A stretch of DNA of 64,000 bases from the human T2T-CHM13v2.0 reference genome, Homo sapiens. Numbering within the stretch: the stretch's first letter is position 1; each line of letters opens with the position of its first letter. The stretch lies in NCBI RefSeq assembly GCF_009914755.1, contig NC_060931.1; one strand, given 5' to 3'. The notes below the pieces were generated by a model, which did not search any database, was not told the DNA's origin, and worked only from the letters and a program-made list of their open reading frames with translations. Of this stretch, positions 22,579 through 38,710 are shown in pieces. Made by a program: the position numbers and the translations under genes.

Positions 22579-23692
22579 TGGTAACTTCTTATTTTTTAAT
22601 GTTTTATAATTTTTAATTAAAAATTTAAAAATAGGCCTGGTATCCTTGAGTCCTGAACCTCTGAGTGTTCCATTTAATTTCTCCGGAAAATAACCCTCCA
22701 GTTCCCTGCTAGGGACTGGGGGAAGTCACCACTGGGCTGCATAGGTGAAGGGGACTTGTGGGGGTCCAACAACCTCATGTGAGACTTTCAAACCTCCTTC
22801 TCCATTTTCAACATCTTGTTACACCCCATCCTCTGTGGTACCTACTGCCTCTGGGAGATGGGAGGAGAAAATGGGCTTCTCATCAGTATTCTCCTCAGAG
22901 TACTTTAACTTTCTTCTTCTGATAAGATAATTATCACTCCAAGTCTGCCGTTTGCCTTTTGTGTGTGTATAAACTTTCAAATTTAAGAGTGCATAATAAA
23001 ATGAACATATCTTAAGTATATAACCTGATAAATATTTCACAAACGATTAGATTCATTTAACAAGCTCCCAGGTCGAGATACAGAGCATTTCCAGCACTGC
23101 AGAAATCTCTCTTGTGCCCCCACAAAGGTAACCACTGTTCTATAAATCAGTCTGTTTGTATTCATGGCTTTAATTCACCAAGGTTACTTTGAATACCCAT
23201 TCATTAATTAAAATGTTAAACAATGCTGGGCTCAGCATGGGCCTGGCAGGAACAACCTCCCAGTGCTGGAAGGTGAGCACGGACTTGGAGGCTCCCTCTC
23301 CGGGTCTGTCCTACAGCAGAGTCAGCTGGTCCTCTTCATGTGGAACATCTAGCCCATGTCAAAATGTTCTCAGTTTATTGAGTTGCACAGAACCAAAAGA
23401 CGTGTACACATTGAAAACAAAACCTGCCTCTGATTCTTTCCAAAAGAAAAGCTCCAGGATCCCCAAGATTTTCCTCCCCATGCCCTTCTGTTCCCTGGGG
23501 CTCTGCTTTGCCCTATTCCAATAATATGCAAGAATTATTACTCTCCTCCCCTAGCCTGCAAGTCGTGTTTGGATTGAGGAACATGGAAGAGATTTTTGGG
23601 GTACAAAGGGGACTAAAGGTTGGCTATGAAATCAGTAAGGTAAGTGAAGTAGGTTGAAAGAAAATGAAAATTCTAATAGACTTTAGAAGCTA

Positions 23693-24192
<500 letters not shown>

Positions 24193-24733
24193 AGAAGCTC
24201 CTATTTTAATAGCAGCTTTCTCAGTACTTGTTCAGGTTGCAAAGGAAGCAAACACTTTTGTGATGATGCTGTTTGCTTTACAAATTTACTAAAATATTTG
24301 ATGGCTGAAGGGGAAACCCAGAAAAGTTCCACCATTTTAAAAATGGAGAACCTTCCTAAAGTTAATGACCTTAGATCAGATTCAAGTTTTGAATTATCTC
24401 AATAAATGCAGCACCTCCAAATTGTTACAAGCTTCCCACAATGATTCTCCAATGATTCAGTCTTGAATAGGATTGATTTGGTTTTTGAGGCATTCAGCTT
24501 TCTTGGCATCTTTTTCATTTACTTTTCTAGTTGAATGGCTTATGAAGATGTGACGAATAGAAAATAAACTTATTAAAATAAATTCCTGGGAACTTTATTA
24601 GAAACATGGGTACTTAAAACCTGCTGCTCTGAATAGCCCCAATGAGATCAGAAAGCAAGAAATAATCCATTAGGCAAGTGGTTATTGCCTAATGGAAAAA
24701 AACAAAAAGGAGAAAAATATTTAAGTATAGTAA

Positions 24734-25430
<697 letters not shown>

Positions 25431-25448
25431 TGAGGTCTTAGTATCTCA

Positions 25449-25750
<302 letters not shown>

Positions 25751-26329
25751 GCCCCCCACGTAAACAAAAATAAGCTGTCCCACCTGTAGAAGAGGGTTCT
25801 AGGGTTAAGATCACTTCCAGCTTCCTATGGTTTTTCTAGGCCTATGACTAGTTTTGCAAGAGGCTTCACAGAGTTCTGGCTTTGGAAAAAAACAGAATGT
25901 ACAGGCCCCTTTCACAACAGAGCTTGATGTTACCCAGGCCAGTGCATGGTGATGGACTGCCAGCCACAGACAAGGCTCTCAGTGAACTGGTGGGCAAAAG
26001 AAGTCCTTGGTGCAGGAAGTGCCACACTGCCGTTTTGTGACAGTGGGCAATATACAATGTTACAAACATTTATTCAACGTGCCTACTATGTGTCAAGTTT
26101 CAAGTCTGCTTCCTCTGGCTTTCTGTTCTGCACCATAGTGAAAATATTCACTCGGGACTGAAGCAAAATGGCAAAAAATCGCCTTAGTTTGCCTGACAGC
26201 TTTGGCTCCGAGTGGCCTTGCTCTGCTCTTCGGGCACTCCAACTACTCCCCAAGATGATCTTCTCCATGTCAGGATCTTAGACATGAATTTCAAATGTGC
26301 TCTCAGCACTGTCTGTCTGGCAATTTAGT

Positions 26330-26606
26330 TCTTTACTTTTTTTTTTGAGACAGGGTCTCGCTCTGTCACCCAGGCTGGAGTGCCGTGGCTTGATCAGAGC
26401 TCACTGCAGCATTGAACTCTTGGGCTCAAAGAATCCTCCCGCTGGGACTGCAGGTGCCCGCCACCATGCCGGGCTAATTTTTGTATTTACTTTTATAGAG
26501 ACGGGTTTTTGCCATGTTGCCGTCTTGAACTCCTGGACTCAAGCAATCCACCCACCTTGGCCTCCCAAAGGGCTAGGATTACAGGTGTGAACCACTAAGC
26601 CCAGCC
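26330..26606 (-). mobile_element. AluJ-type SINE
   Basis: Alu body with small deletions. Confidence 0.85.
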
Positions 26607-26861
26607 CTTAATTCTTTCTTTACTTTTCTCAAACTTCTCCCAAGCTTTCATACACATTCATCTTGCCTCATGGTCACTCAGAAAACGGAAGCCATCAGCT
26701 GGGCATTCCCTCATCTTCCCAGCAATAAATCTATAAGCTGACTTCCTCCCCATTGCCTTAGAGGTGTCCCTCTTTCTACAAAGGCCAGCATCTCCCTCCC
26801 TCCTGCCATCTCAAGGACTTTTTTTTTTTATTTAGTCAGATAACTCTCTTTTAAATCACCC

Positions 26862-27278
26862 TGTATGAGTCTGTTTTCATACTGTTATAAAGAACTACCT
26901 GGGATTGGGTAATTTCTAAAGGAAAGAGGTTTAATTGACTCACAGTTCAGCATGGCTGGGGAGGCCTCAGGAAACTCACAATAATGGTGGAAGGCGAAGG
27001 GTAAGCAAGACACATTCTTCACAAGGCAGCAAGAAGGAGACGTGCCGAGCGAATGGGCGGGGAGTCGAGGGCGGGGGTTGGGAGGGAAGAGCCACTTATA
27101 AAACCATCAGATCTCGTGAGAACTCACTCACTATCAGGAGAACCACATGGGAGAAACCGTCTCCATGATTCAATTACCTCCACCTGGTCTCCCCCTTAAC
27201 ACGTGGGGATTCTGGGGATTCTGGAGATTACAATTCAAGATGAGATTTGTATGGGGACACAAAGCCTAACCATTACCA
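26862..27278 (-). mobile_element. THE1D-like (MaLR) solo LTR
   Basis: TGTATGAGTCTGTTTTCATACTGTTATAAAGAACTACC ... GGGGACACAAAGCCTAACCATTACCA. TSD CACCC / CACCT. Confidence 0.85.
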
Positions 27279-27552
27279 CACCTCTTTCTCTTGCTTTCTT
27301 AACCTCTCCCTCTCCTATTTACCTCAGTCTTACCAGCATATGGATTATAATCTGGTCTCTCCTCCCTTGAAAAACAAAACACACAAAATCCAAAGCCTCC
27401 CTCGTGCTAAGCTCCTTAGGATTTGTCTGTCTACAAAAGGAATTCCCTTGCTTAGCTCTCACACACCCTCCAAACCACTCCAGTTTGGCTTTGCCCATGC
27501 TCCGCCCTCCCATGCCAACGCTACTCTGTCATACCTGTTTTGCTGAGGCCAC

Positions 27553-28403
<851 letters not shown>

Positions 28404-28659
28404 TAAACACTCCTGCTGCCAGCCCCTCAAAAAGCCTCTTCCTCCTTTGGTTTTCCATATCTGAAGAAATGACATCTCCACCCAAACTAATTGCTCTACC
28501 AGAGACCTGGGAGTCGTTCTTTACCTAAACAAATCTTATCAATTTCATATCTAAAATACATATATCTTGAATCCACTTCTTTTTTTTTTTTTTTTTGAGA
28601 TGGGGTCTCTGTTGCCCAGGCCGAAGCACAGTGGTGTGAGCACGGCTCATTGCAACCTT

Positions 28660-29638
28660 TGTTACAGGGGGCAGCTAATTAGGCACGGGCAGGGCAGGAG
28701 AGAGCTCCCTCACCCCCCACACACCAGGAGAGTTGGGTGGCCCTCAGGTCATGTTCGGGCAGTTGTTAACTGTTTCGCTAAAGTAATAATTGGTCACAGC
28801 CGGTGCCAGGGAAAGGCAGTCTCCTAATAGAAAACACTTGAAACTATCAGCCGCTTCCCAGTAAGATCTCAGCAGTGGGGAGAAGTAATGCAAGATCCTG
28901 GAAGTAGGCCAATGGATAAAACACCCAAGTCAAGAGATCAAGCTGCATGCTTGGTTTCTCAAGTCGCCTGCTTGGTCCACTTCCAATTGCACTTTCCTTC
29001 TTTCCTTTCCTTACTGCTCTAAAGCTTTTCTTTTTTTGAGATGGAGTCTTGCTCTGTTGCCCAGGCTGGTGTGCAGTGATATGATCTCAGCTCATTGCAA
29101 CCTCCGCTTCCCAGGTTCAAGCGATTCTCGTGCCTCAGCCTCCTGACTCCTAGCTGGGATTACAGGCACGTGCAACCATGCCCGGCTAATTTTTTTTTTT
29201 TTTTGGAACAGTCTCTCACTCCTTCACCCAGGCTGGAGTGTAGTGGTGCAACCTCCGCCTCCCGAGTTCAAGTGCTTCTCCTGCCCCAGCCTCCCACGTA
29301 GCTGGGATTACAAGCGTGTACCACCATGCCCAGCTCATTTTTTGTATTTTTAGTAGAGATGATGTTTTACCATGTTGGCCAGGCTGGTCCCAAGCTCCTA
29401 ACCTCAGGTGATCCACCTGCCTCGGCCTCCTGAAATGTTGAGATTACAGGTGTGAGTCACTGAGCCCATCCAGCCTCTAGAGCTTTTTAATAAACTTTCA
29501 CTCCTGCTCTTAAACTTGCCTCGATCTCTTCTTCTGCCTTATGCCCCAGTTGAATTTTTCTGAGGAGGCAAGAACTGAGGTTGCTGCAGATCTGTATAGG
29601 TTTGCCACCAGTAACTTGGATACCTTCCACTGGTAACA
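28660..29638 (+). mobile_element. MER50-family ERV1 solo LTR
   Basis: TGTTACAGGGGGCAGCTAATTAGGCACGGGCAGGGCAGGAGAG ... CTGGTAACA. Perfect 4-bp TSD CCTT. AATAAA at 29489-29494. Confidence 0.8.
29030..29474 (-). mobile_element. Composite (three-arm) AluS inserted in the MER50 LTR
   Basis: Two right arms and one left arm. TSD CTCTAAAGCTTTT / CTCTAGAGCTTTT. Confidence 0.85.
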
Positions 29639-30432
29639 CCTTGACCTACCTCCCAAGCTCAAGCGATCCTCCCGCCTGAGCCCACCAAATAGCTGGGATC
29701 ACAGCTGCGCACCACCATGCCCGGCTACCTTTTTTTAGGGACAGGGTCTCCCTGTATTGCCCAGGCTGGCACACACTTTTCTTTATAGCTACTGTCATCA
29801 TCTTTCGATCACACTGATGTTCTTCACTTTGTCTCTTGCAATAGCTTCCCACTGATTCACCACACAGTGGCTAGAGTGCCCTTTTAACAGATCACAGTAC
29901 CGTGGCCCTCCTTAAAGCCCTTCCAAGGATTCCCACTGAATTGGACACAAAATTCAAACTCCCTAAAGGCCTTCTGTGGCCTCGTCCCTGCCCTCTGTCC
30001 ATCTCTCTGCCCCTGGTCTGTCCACAATGGACGCTCTTTAGGCTTCAAGAAGTGATCTCTGCCTTCAGATCACTTCTTCAGAGAGAACTTCCTGAGAGCT
30101 GCCTCCTCTCCATCGTAAATGTCTCTCCTGTTACTTTCTCTCACAGAATTCAGTTCTTTCCACCATAGCATTTGCCACAATCCGTAATTACACATCTGAT
30201 CATGTGTGTATTTATTTGCTTTCCTTCTCACTGGGTTGCTTCCAGAAAGCAGCTGGGATCGTGTTTCTCATCCCTGCGCACAGAGCGCCTGGCTCAGGGG
30301 CAGGCACAGAGAGGGTGCTCTCTAAGTACTCGCTGAATGAATCCACTGTCTTCTCTTCTCCTCACAGTCGTCTCCTGCCTCAAACGCAGGTCTAGCAGAA
30401 AGGCTCTTTTGGTGAGAATACCTTCACCCCCG

Positions 30433-30469
<37 letters not shown>

Positions 30470-30531
30470 AATACCAAAAATTTAAATTTTATGAAAACCC
30501 GAAGACTTTGTTTTACAAACATATAAATTAT

Positions 30532-30537
30532 TTTATT
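30532..30537 (-). terminator. ATXN7L1: Distal AATAAA poly-A signal
   Basis: TTTATT on +. U-rich tracts lie upstream and downstream on the transcript strand. Confidence 0.6.
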
Positions 30538-30970
30538 TACAAAGCCATGTTACAAAAAAAAAAAAAGCAAAAAAAAAAAAAAATACAATTGCTTACTGGA
30601 GAATATTTCCAGGCCTGGTGAGGAACCATGGCAGTATCAATAGATACATGTTTGTTCTTTCCTTTTAAAACTGTAAGCCATAGAATTTACTATTTACACC
30701 TACTTTAGACATTTATTCTGCTTACAATATCACAGGCATGGAATGAACTCTATCTGATAGTGCTAATACATAGAGGTGCGGGACGAAGAAGGAAAATACT
30801 TAGTGTTACAAAATATGGATTGTAGAAAAGAAACCCACTCCACAAGTGTGGCATTTGTTTAGAATGATCGGACATGCTTTCTTCAAAATTTTTCTGGAAA
30901 AGGTTCTAAAATTGGTAGTAGGAAAGGACAAATGAGCAGGTGCAAATTCTTGTCTGTGCAACAACAGTTA

Positions 30971-30976
30971 TTTAAT
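30971..30976 (-). terminator. ATXN7L1: ATTAAA poly-A signal
   Basis: TTTAAT on +, followed on the transcript by CUGUUGUUGCA. Confidence 0.5.
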
Positions 30977-31219
30977 ATACCCCATGACTGACCAGCTACG
31001 TAAAACCCACAGAGTTTTGTTAAAGTGCCATGGGCCGACAGCATAACAAAATATAAGGTGTAAATAGAAAATTTCTTTTTTTCCTTTTTTAAAACAAGAG
31101 TTCACTGAGAATCAGCAATAATAGAATATGCTGTATAAACTATTCTCTACAAAGGTTGATCAGCATTATTTACAATTGGTACATTGATACAAAAGAAGGC
31201 ATACAAGTTATCCAAGTCG

Positions 31220-31252
<33 letters not shown>

Positions 31253-34037
31253 GCTGACAGGTCTATGCATTGCGTTATGCTTCACAACCAGAGCTTTCGA
31301 GCCTCTATGGCTGGCGACAAGTCAGGAGATCTTCAGGCAAAGAGGGGTGTGTGCAGTCAAGGGGCTGGGAGAGAAGACTGAGTGGGTGTGCAGAACAGAA
31401 GGACCCAGAGGACATCACCCTAAAAATGTTTTATAGGCTGCTCCAGTTTAACTCCATTAAGACAAACCCAAAGAGAACCTTTTATTTGCATTCCATTTTT
31501 CAAGCTGCAAGTTTTTAATACATCATTGTAAAGTAAACCTGTGGTTGACTGCCAAGGAAGAATACTGTGGGCTTTCCCTTTTTGCCCAGTTTTCCAGAAA
31601 TATCCTCACCTTGGTCATAGCCAGTCTTTTGACAAAGTAAGCAGCATTCGATGAGGGTGGGGGGGGGGGGGGTGGGGGCTCTTTATTCCAGCTTCCAATT
31701 CAAGATGTAGAGAGCTACAATGTCTAAACCTATTGAATTGCTCCTTTAGTCCTTGAGACATTATTTCTCAGAAGCAGCCACTTAATCTCTCAACCTTTGT
31801 TTTCCCTCTTTGACTATAAGAGTTTATAAATCAGAGGGTTATTTTGTTGTGGAGATTTTGTTTTTTGTTTTTACTCCTGCAAGTTTTACAACTCAAAATA
31901 AATTATAAAAATCAACAGACCTCTGAAACCGAACAAGACAAAATTGTGCAAAAATAACAAAGATATGTACATACTTTTCAGTCTGAAGAAATGTACAATA
32001 AAAACATAATTCAAAGAACATTTTAAAAATATAAACATTGCTTAAACTTTCCTAAGTTTCATATTGTTTCTGAAACTATTCTGGTCAGTTAGCTCTGTAA
32101 TATAGTAAAACATAAATTATTACAAAATTAACACTATAAAAATTTACTTTAAGAATATCTTCTAAACTTTTTTTCAAAGGGTCTAACCTTGTTTATAATT
32201 TCTTAAACATTTATAAGTCTTAAAATCTCCTTAACCTTTTTTTTTTAAAAAAAGAAAAAGTAACAATCATCCCTTCAATTTGCAGTCTCTTTTCCCAAGA
32301 CGTAAATAAACCAGCATATAAGTGCACTTTTAACACTGTAGAAATAAAAATGAAATCATCCGAACTAATGTCCTGGTACTTAATATCAACTCCTGATTTT
32401 TAAACAAATCATTTTATATTAAAAAATTTAGTAATCCTATAAGAAACACTCACTGTCAGTGCAATTCCATTGATGAAAATCACTCCATTTGCCTCCCGTC
32501 TTTGCAATTCCAATTGTGTGGTGAAACTTAACAGTAGTCTGATCTTTGGGTTGGGGGAATGGGAAAGAAAAGGAAAACTTTGGGGTGGGGATGAGGGTTC
32601 TGCCCAGCTATGAAACTAGCATTCATTTCTGATTTAAGGATGAAACAAAACCTCCCAGTATCTTTGCTATACATCATATACAAAGTTACATGATTAATAG
32701 CACAGAACACCTATTTTATGTTGTGAATTCCTTTCCTGATTATGATTCCCTACTAGAGCTTATGGTATTGCTGTTTCTTTTAAAACTCCAGTGTGAATAG
32801 TTCTATGGCTGCAGGGCTCCAGCGTGGCTCTTCCAAATGGCTGTTCTTCACTGAGCAGTGGCTGTCCTTACCATTCCTTCATGGGGATGGCTGTCTCTAA
32901 GACAGCAAAAGCTGATCCATGGGTGTGCTGATCCCACCAAGTCCCTGTGGCCCAGGGCATGGGGGTGGGTGGGAAATGCTATTATTTATTCTGACAAAAG
33001 GTTTGACACATACCCTTTTGTGGAAGCTCTCCCTGGGGGGCTCTTCCTAGCCCAGGAAGGCAGCCTAAGAACCTTTAGCAGCTGTGGTCACCGTGCCTCC
33101 TCATGGAGTGGCTTTCTGGGTTCTCACGACCTTTTTCCTGGGATTTCTCCCTCCTAGCTCACCCTGCTGTGGGCACTGGCACACTGATTCCTGGAAGGGA
33201 TTCTGCAGCTTCCTGACCAGCTCAGACCACCACAGTCTCCAGTTTTTTTAGGGATCATCTCCTACCCACCATGCTCTGCTTGCTGCCACCTTCCCAAACC
33301 TGTTCTGGCCCCTGTCCCTGACTGGTTTATCCTTTCTGAGCTGCACAGCTGGACAGTGGTATTAGGTAAACCACATCACTAAACGGCCACTGTTCTCAAT
33401 CTCGCTTCTAGCATTTGGCTCCAGCCATGGTGGGCTGTGGAAACTGGATGAGGGAACCCCACCCACCCTCCAACTCTCCACTCCCAGCTCCTCCCCAGCA
33501 AAGCCCCCTCTCCCTGCACACAATCCTGAGGGGATCCTATGAGAGCCAGGTCCTTTGAAGACCAGTGAGGACCCAGAGAGTGGTAGACGTAGGGATGGAA
33601 GGAATCGGGTGGAGATGACAGGAAGAAAAAGGGCTCTGCCTGTGCTACAGTTCAAGAGCTTCAGAGCATGCCAACCTGGAACCAACATTCTGCAATGTCT
33701 GCTCTCATGGCTGGAGCAAAAGGATGGTACAGTAGCAGCATCAGGAGCTAGGGGAGTGACCCCAAATTTGGAAGAATGTAAAAACATGGCAAATGAAAGG
33801 AAAGACAGCGGAAACCAAACACTGGAACTGTTTTCTGTAAATCTCAAATTCACCTTCTTTTGCCTTTTTAACTAAAAATTGGTCAATTAAAAAAAGAAGA
33901 AGAAAGGCCAGAGTCACAGGGAGTGCACAGAAAACAGACTCTCCCCCCAGCCCACTCCCCTCCCTCCTCCTCCCCATGGCCTCCTCGGATGGGATTAGGT
34001 GGCCTGGAATTGATGTGGAAGTGGCTTCATAGTCTTG

Positions 34038-34079
34038 TTATGGAAGAGTCCTTATCCTGCCCGTTCTGTTTGTGTTCTT
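34038..34079 (-). CDS. ATXN7L1: ATXN7L1 last coding exon ([K]NTNRTGRIRTLP*)
   Basis: Polypyrimidine TTTTCTTTTCTTTCCTAG|AAG|AAC acceptor, phase 0 like the upstream donor. TAA at 34040-34038. Confidence 0.88.
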   Translation of the reverse strand, partial: KNTNRTGRIRTLP

Positions 34080-35272
34080 CTAGGAAAGAAAAGAAAAACT
34101 TGTTTCAAAACCATACAGTTGAGATTACCCATGAGAATTCAAGGATGGAGACTTAGTTTTCTCATCTATAATAGAAAGGACAATATCCCACCTCCCATAT
34201 CCAGCAAAGGGCAGCTGGAATAGCAAGAGATGATGGATCTAAAGGACCCAATAGCAAATGAGGTGACGGATCCATGCATGTAAGGCAGTCACAGAGGTCC
34301 TCACTGTGGAGGAAAACACAAGGACGAATGCCGCGGACATTCCTGGGAGTCCTCTTTGGGAGAGTGGACAGAATAATTGATGCCTTCATTTTTGTTCTCC
34401 ATTAGTTCACCTTTTCCTACCTAACCTATAGATGACACTGCAAATTATCTCAGGAAGGATTCTAGTGTTGGGTTAAACACAGAGGCTCTGGAGAGAGAGA
34501 TTTTGGGTTCAAGTTACTTGGCTTCTTAGTGTAGCCATCTTCATCTGTAATCATCTTGTCCCTCACAGGGTTGTGAAAAGGTTTAAATGTGTGTAGCGTG
34601 TGTAAAGGACACAGCACGTAGCCCTCTCTCTGCAGGCAGAGAGTGCTACACAAGTGGTGGCCATTTGTGTTTGTCAGGGCTGATTGCTGGCATTTTGGGT
34701 TCCCAGCAGGTGTACCCGGAGCTATGGGCACATGCAGGCTGTGTTTGGTGAGGGTGAAGTGTAGTCTGTAGGTACACATGACAACCTCTACAAGAGGCCC
34801 CATCAACAGAGGCTGACGGCCTGAGTATAAATGTGCCTTCCCACCCCAGCACACATGACGGGCTGCAAGTGTTCTGGCACAAAAAGGACTCAAAATGGTG
34901 AGGAGACTCTCCCTGGCCTGGGGATACAAAAACCATTTCCCCATAATCTTTACCCAAACTCTACCCAAGATTTGTGGGAAAATCCCAAAGGGCAAAATAC
35001 ACACACGTTGCTATTTTGTTATTTGGTGTCTACAAAACATGCGGTACATCTCAGGCAACATAACAACACGGTTATATATACACGCACACCCACACATTTT
35101 CCAATCATGTGTAAGGGGCAAAACCCCACCCCCCAATCCTTCCTGGTCCTCCCTAGACACATATGCACACACTCCATTGAGAAAATCATTTATCACAGGT
35201 GTACACACCGACTACTCTTATACATCAAGTTTATAAAAACTACTAAGTCTACCCTGAATACTGCTGCCATGA

Positions 35273-36660
<1,388 letters not shown>

Positions 36661-36714
36661 ACTCTGCTGATGACCATATGAATTTTTGCCCCACCCCCAC
36701 CCTCAGTAACTTAC

Positions 36715-36789
36715 CTGTCGGCTGTGTCCTGGGCTGGATATACTTGAAGGACTGGATTGTGACAAAGCTAGGCTGCTATTTTTCCCAAC
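36715..36789 (-). CDS. ATXN7L1: ATXN7L1 penultimate coding exon (VGKNSSLALSQSSPSSISSPGHSRQ), 75 nt
   Basis: Acceptor GTCTTTCAG|GTT, donor CAG|GTAAGT. Phase 0-0 and open. Confidence 0.92.
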
Positions 36790-37312
36790 CTGAAAGACAC
36801 CATTGAAGCCCCACTCAGACACACGAGCCAGCCTGGGAAGGGCCCGCCGATGCCACATGTTCTAGGGGAAAGAAGGGCTGCACAATGCCTCCTTCATTCC
36901 CTCAGATTGGCTCGGAACTGGTGTTTCCATCTTAAGTGGCAGAGAAAATGAAAATGTTGCAGAGGGTGCCTTGAGGGATGCCCTCTCCTTCCCAGAGGAA
37001 AAGTAGAATTGTGGGGACTCCTCATACTGCTCCCTAGCTGGCCGGGACAGAACAGGGAAGGATGAGGACAAAGGCATCTGGTGGAGATGCCTGGCCCCTC
37101 CTGGGAGCTTCACTCAGCAGAGGCTGGGCTTTTCTACCTGTGGCCAAACGGTCACACAGCTCATATACCTCTGACCCTCCGTCCCAAACCCATCTTGTTT
37201 CCAGCCCAGACTCCCTCAGCCTGGCTGCAGATAAAACACCTGGATCTTTTGCTGGGTCAGTTTTCCCGGCTAGGAGATGTAACGCACACGCAACTGTTCT
37301 TTAGGAAAATAG

Positions 37313-37870
<558 letters not shown>

Positions 37871-38319
37871 TGATTTTTTATTCAGTTTAATAGCCCTGTG
37901 GCAACTTCTGGCCTTATATCAACCAGATACAATTAAATGGATCCCCAAATTGTTCTCAAAGCAAAGGTTTATCTTGGATTTCTCAATCTCATGCGTTGCC
38001 CCGACCCCGATCTCCTAGCAGAATTAACACAGATCCCAAGGGCCTTTGCCTTTACTGAATACTTGGAAATCACCAGTGATAAAGCCTTTTCTTAATGCCC
38101 TGCTGACAAGCACCGAGGTATCACCTGCGTTAGAGAACCAATGCTGACCATATCCAAGGCAGCCGTTAAATGCATCCGTTTTTTTGAATTCCCTCCTGAT
38201 GAGTACTTGGCTGCTCCTTTCACCACCGCTTCTGGCTGACTCAGCATTTACTAAGCATTTCCTACAGTCCTGCAGACCAAAGTATCAACAGAGCCACATC
38301 TACTCAACACAGAGGGACT

Positions 38320-38710
38320 CTGTTAATGGCATGGAGGCTAAGAGGCCAGACTCCAGAGCCAAAATGCCTGGGTTTAAATCCTAGCCTAACTACTGCTTCG
38401 CTGTGTGATTTTGGGTGCCTTGCTTAACCCTCCTGTGCCTTGGTTCACCCATCTGTGAAAGGAGAGTAACAGCAAGTAATTATAAAATGAGTTAATACAC
38501 CTGAAGTGCTTGGAACAGAGCCCATCATCTACGTGTTAGCTGCTGGGACTGTATCTAAAATGAGTGAGATACCACGGCCTTGCTGTTCAAGGCGTGGCCT
38601 GGGAGGCTGTTAGAAATGCAGACTCCCAGGCCCCTGCCCAGGCCTGCTGATTGAGAATCTGCATGTTCACAAGCCCCCCGGGGGATTCGTGTATATGTTC
38701 AAACTTGAGA
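38320..38710. mobile_element. MIR (38320-38540) and MER5A-like MITE (38570-38710)
   Basis: GCCTGGGTTTAAATCCTAGC; TGTTAGAAATGCAGACTCCCAGGCCCC...GAATCTGCAT. Confidence 0.75.

Larger units (their letters stand above)
28579..29768 (-). mobile_element. AluJ host element split by a MER50 LTR (28579-28659 and 29639-29768)
   Basis: GCTCATTGCAACCTT | ... | CCTTGACC...TCCCAAGCTCAAGCGATCCTCCC continues the Alu. Confidence 0.85.
30510..34037 (-). other. ATXN7L1: ATXN7L1 3' UTR (terminal exon)
   Basis: Repeat-free, AU-rich sequence downstream of the stop codon, with several poly-A signals. The distal end is inferred from the last AATAAA. Confidence 0.8.

Noticed and set aside
30435-30583. Plus-strand poly-A runs suggesting a retrocopy tail
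   Set aside because: No TSD or upstream plus-strand mRNA body. Better explained as U-rich elements around the minus-strand ATXN7L1 poly-A site.
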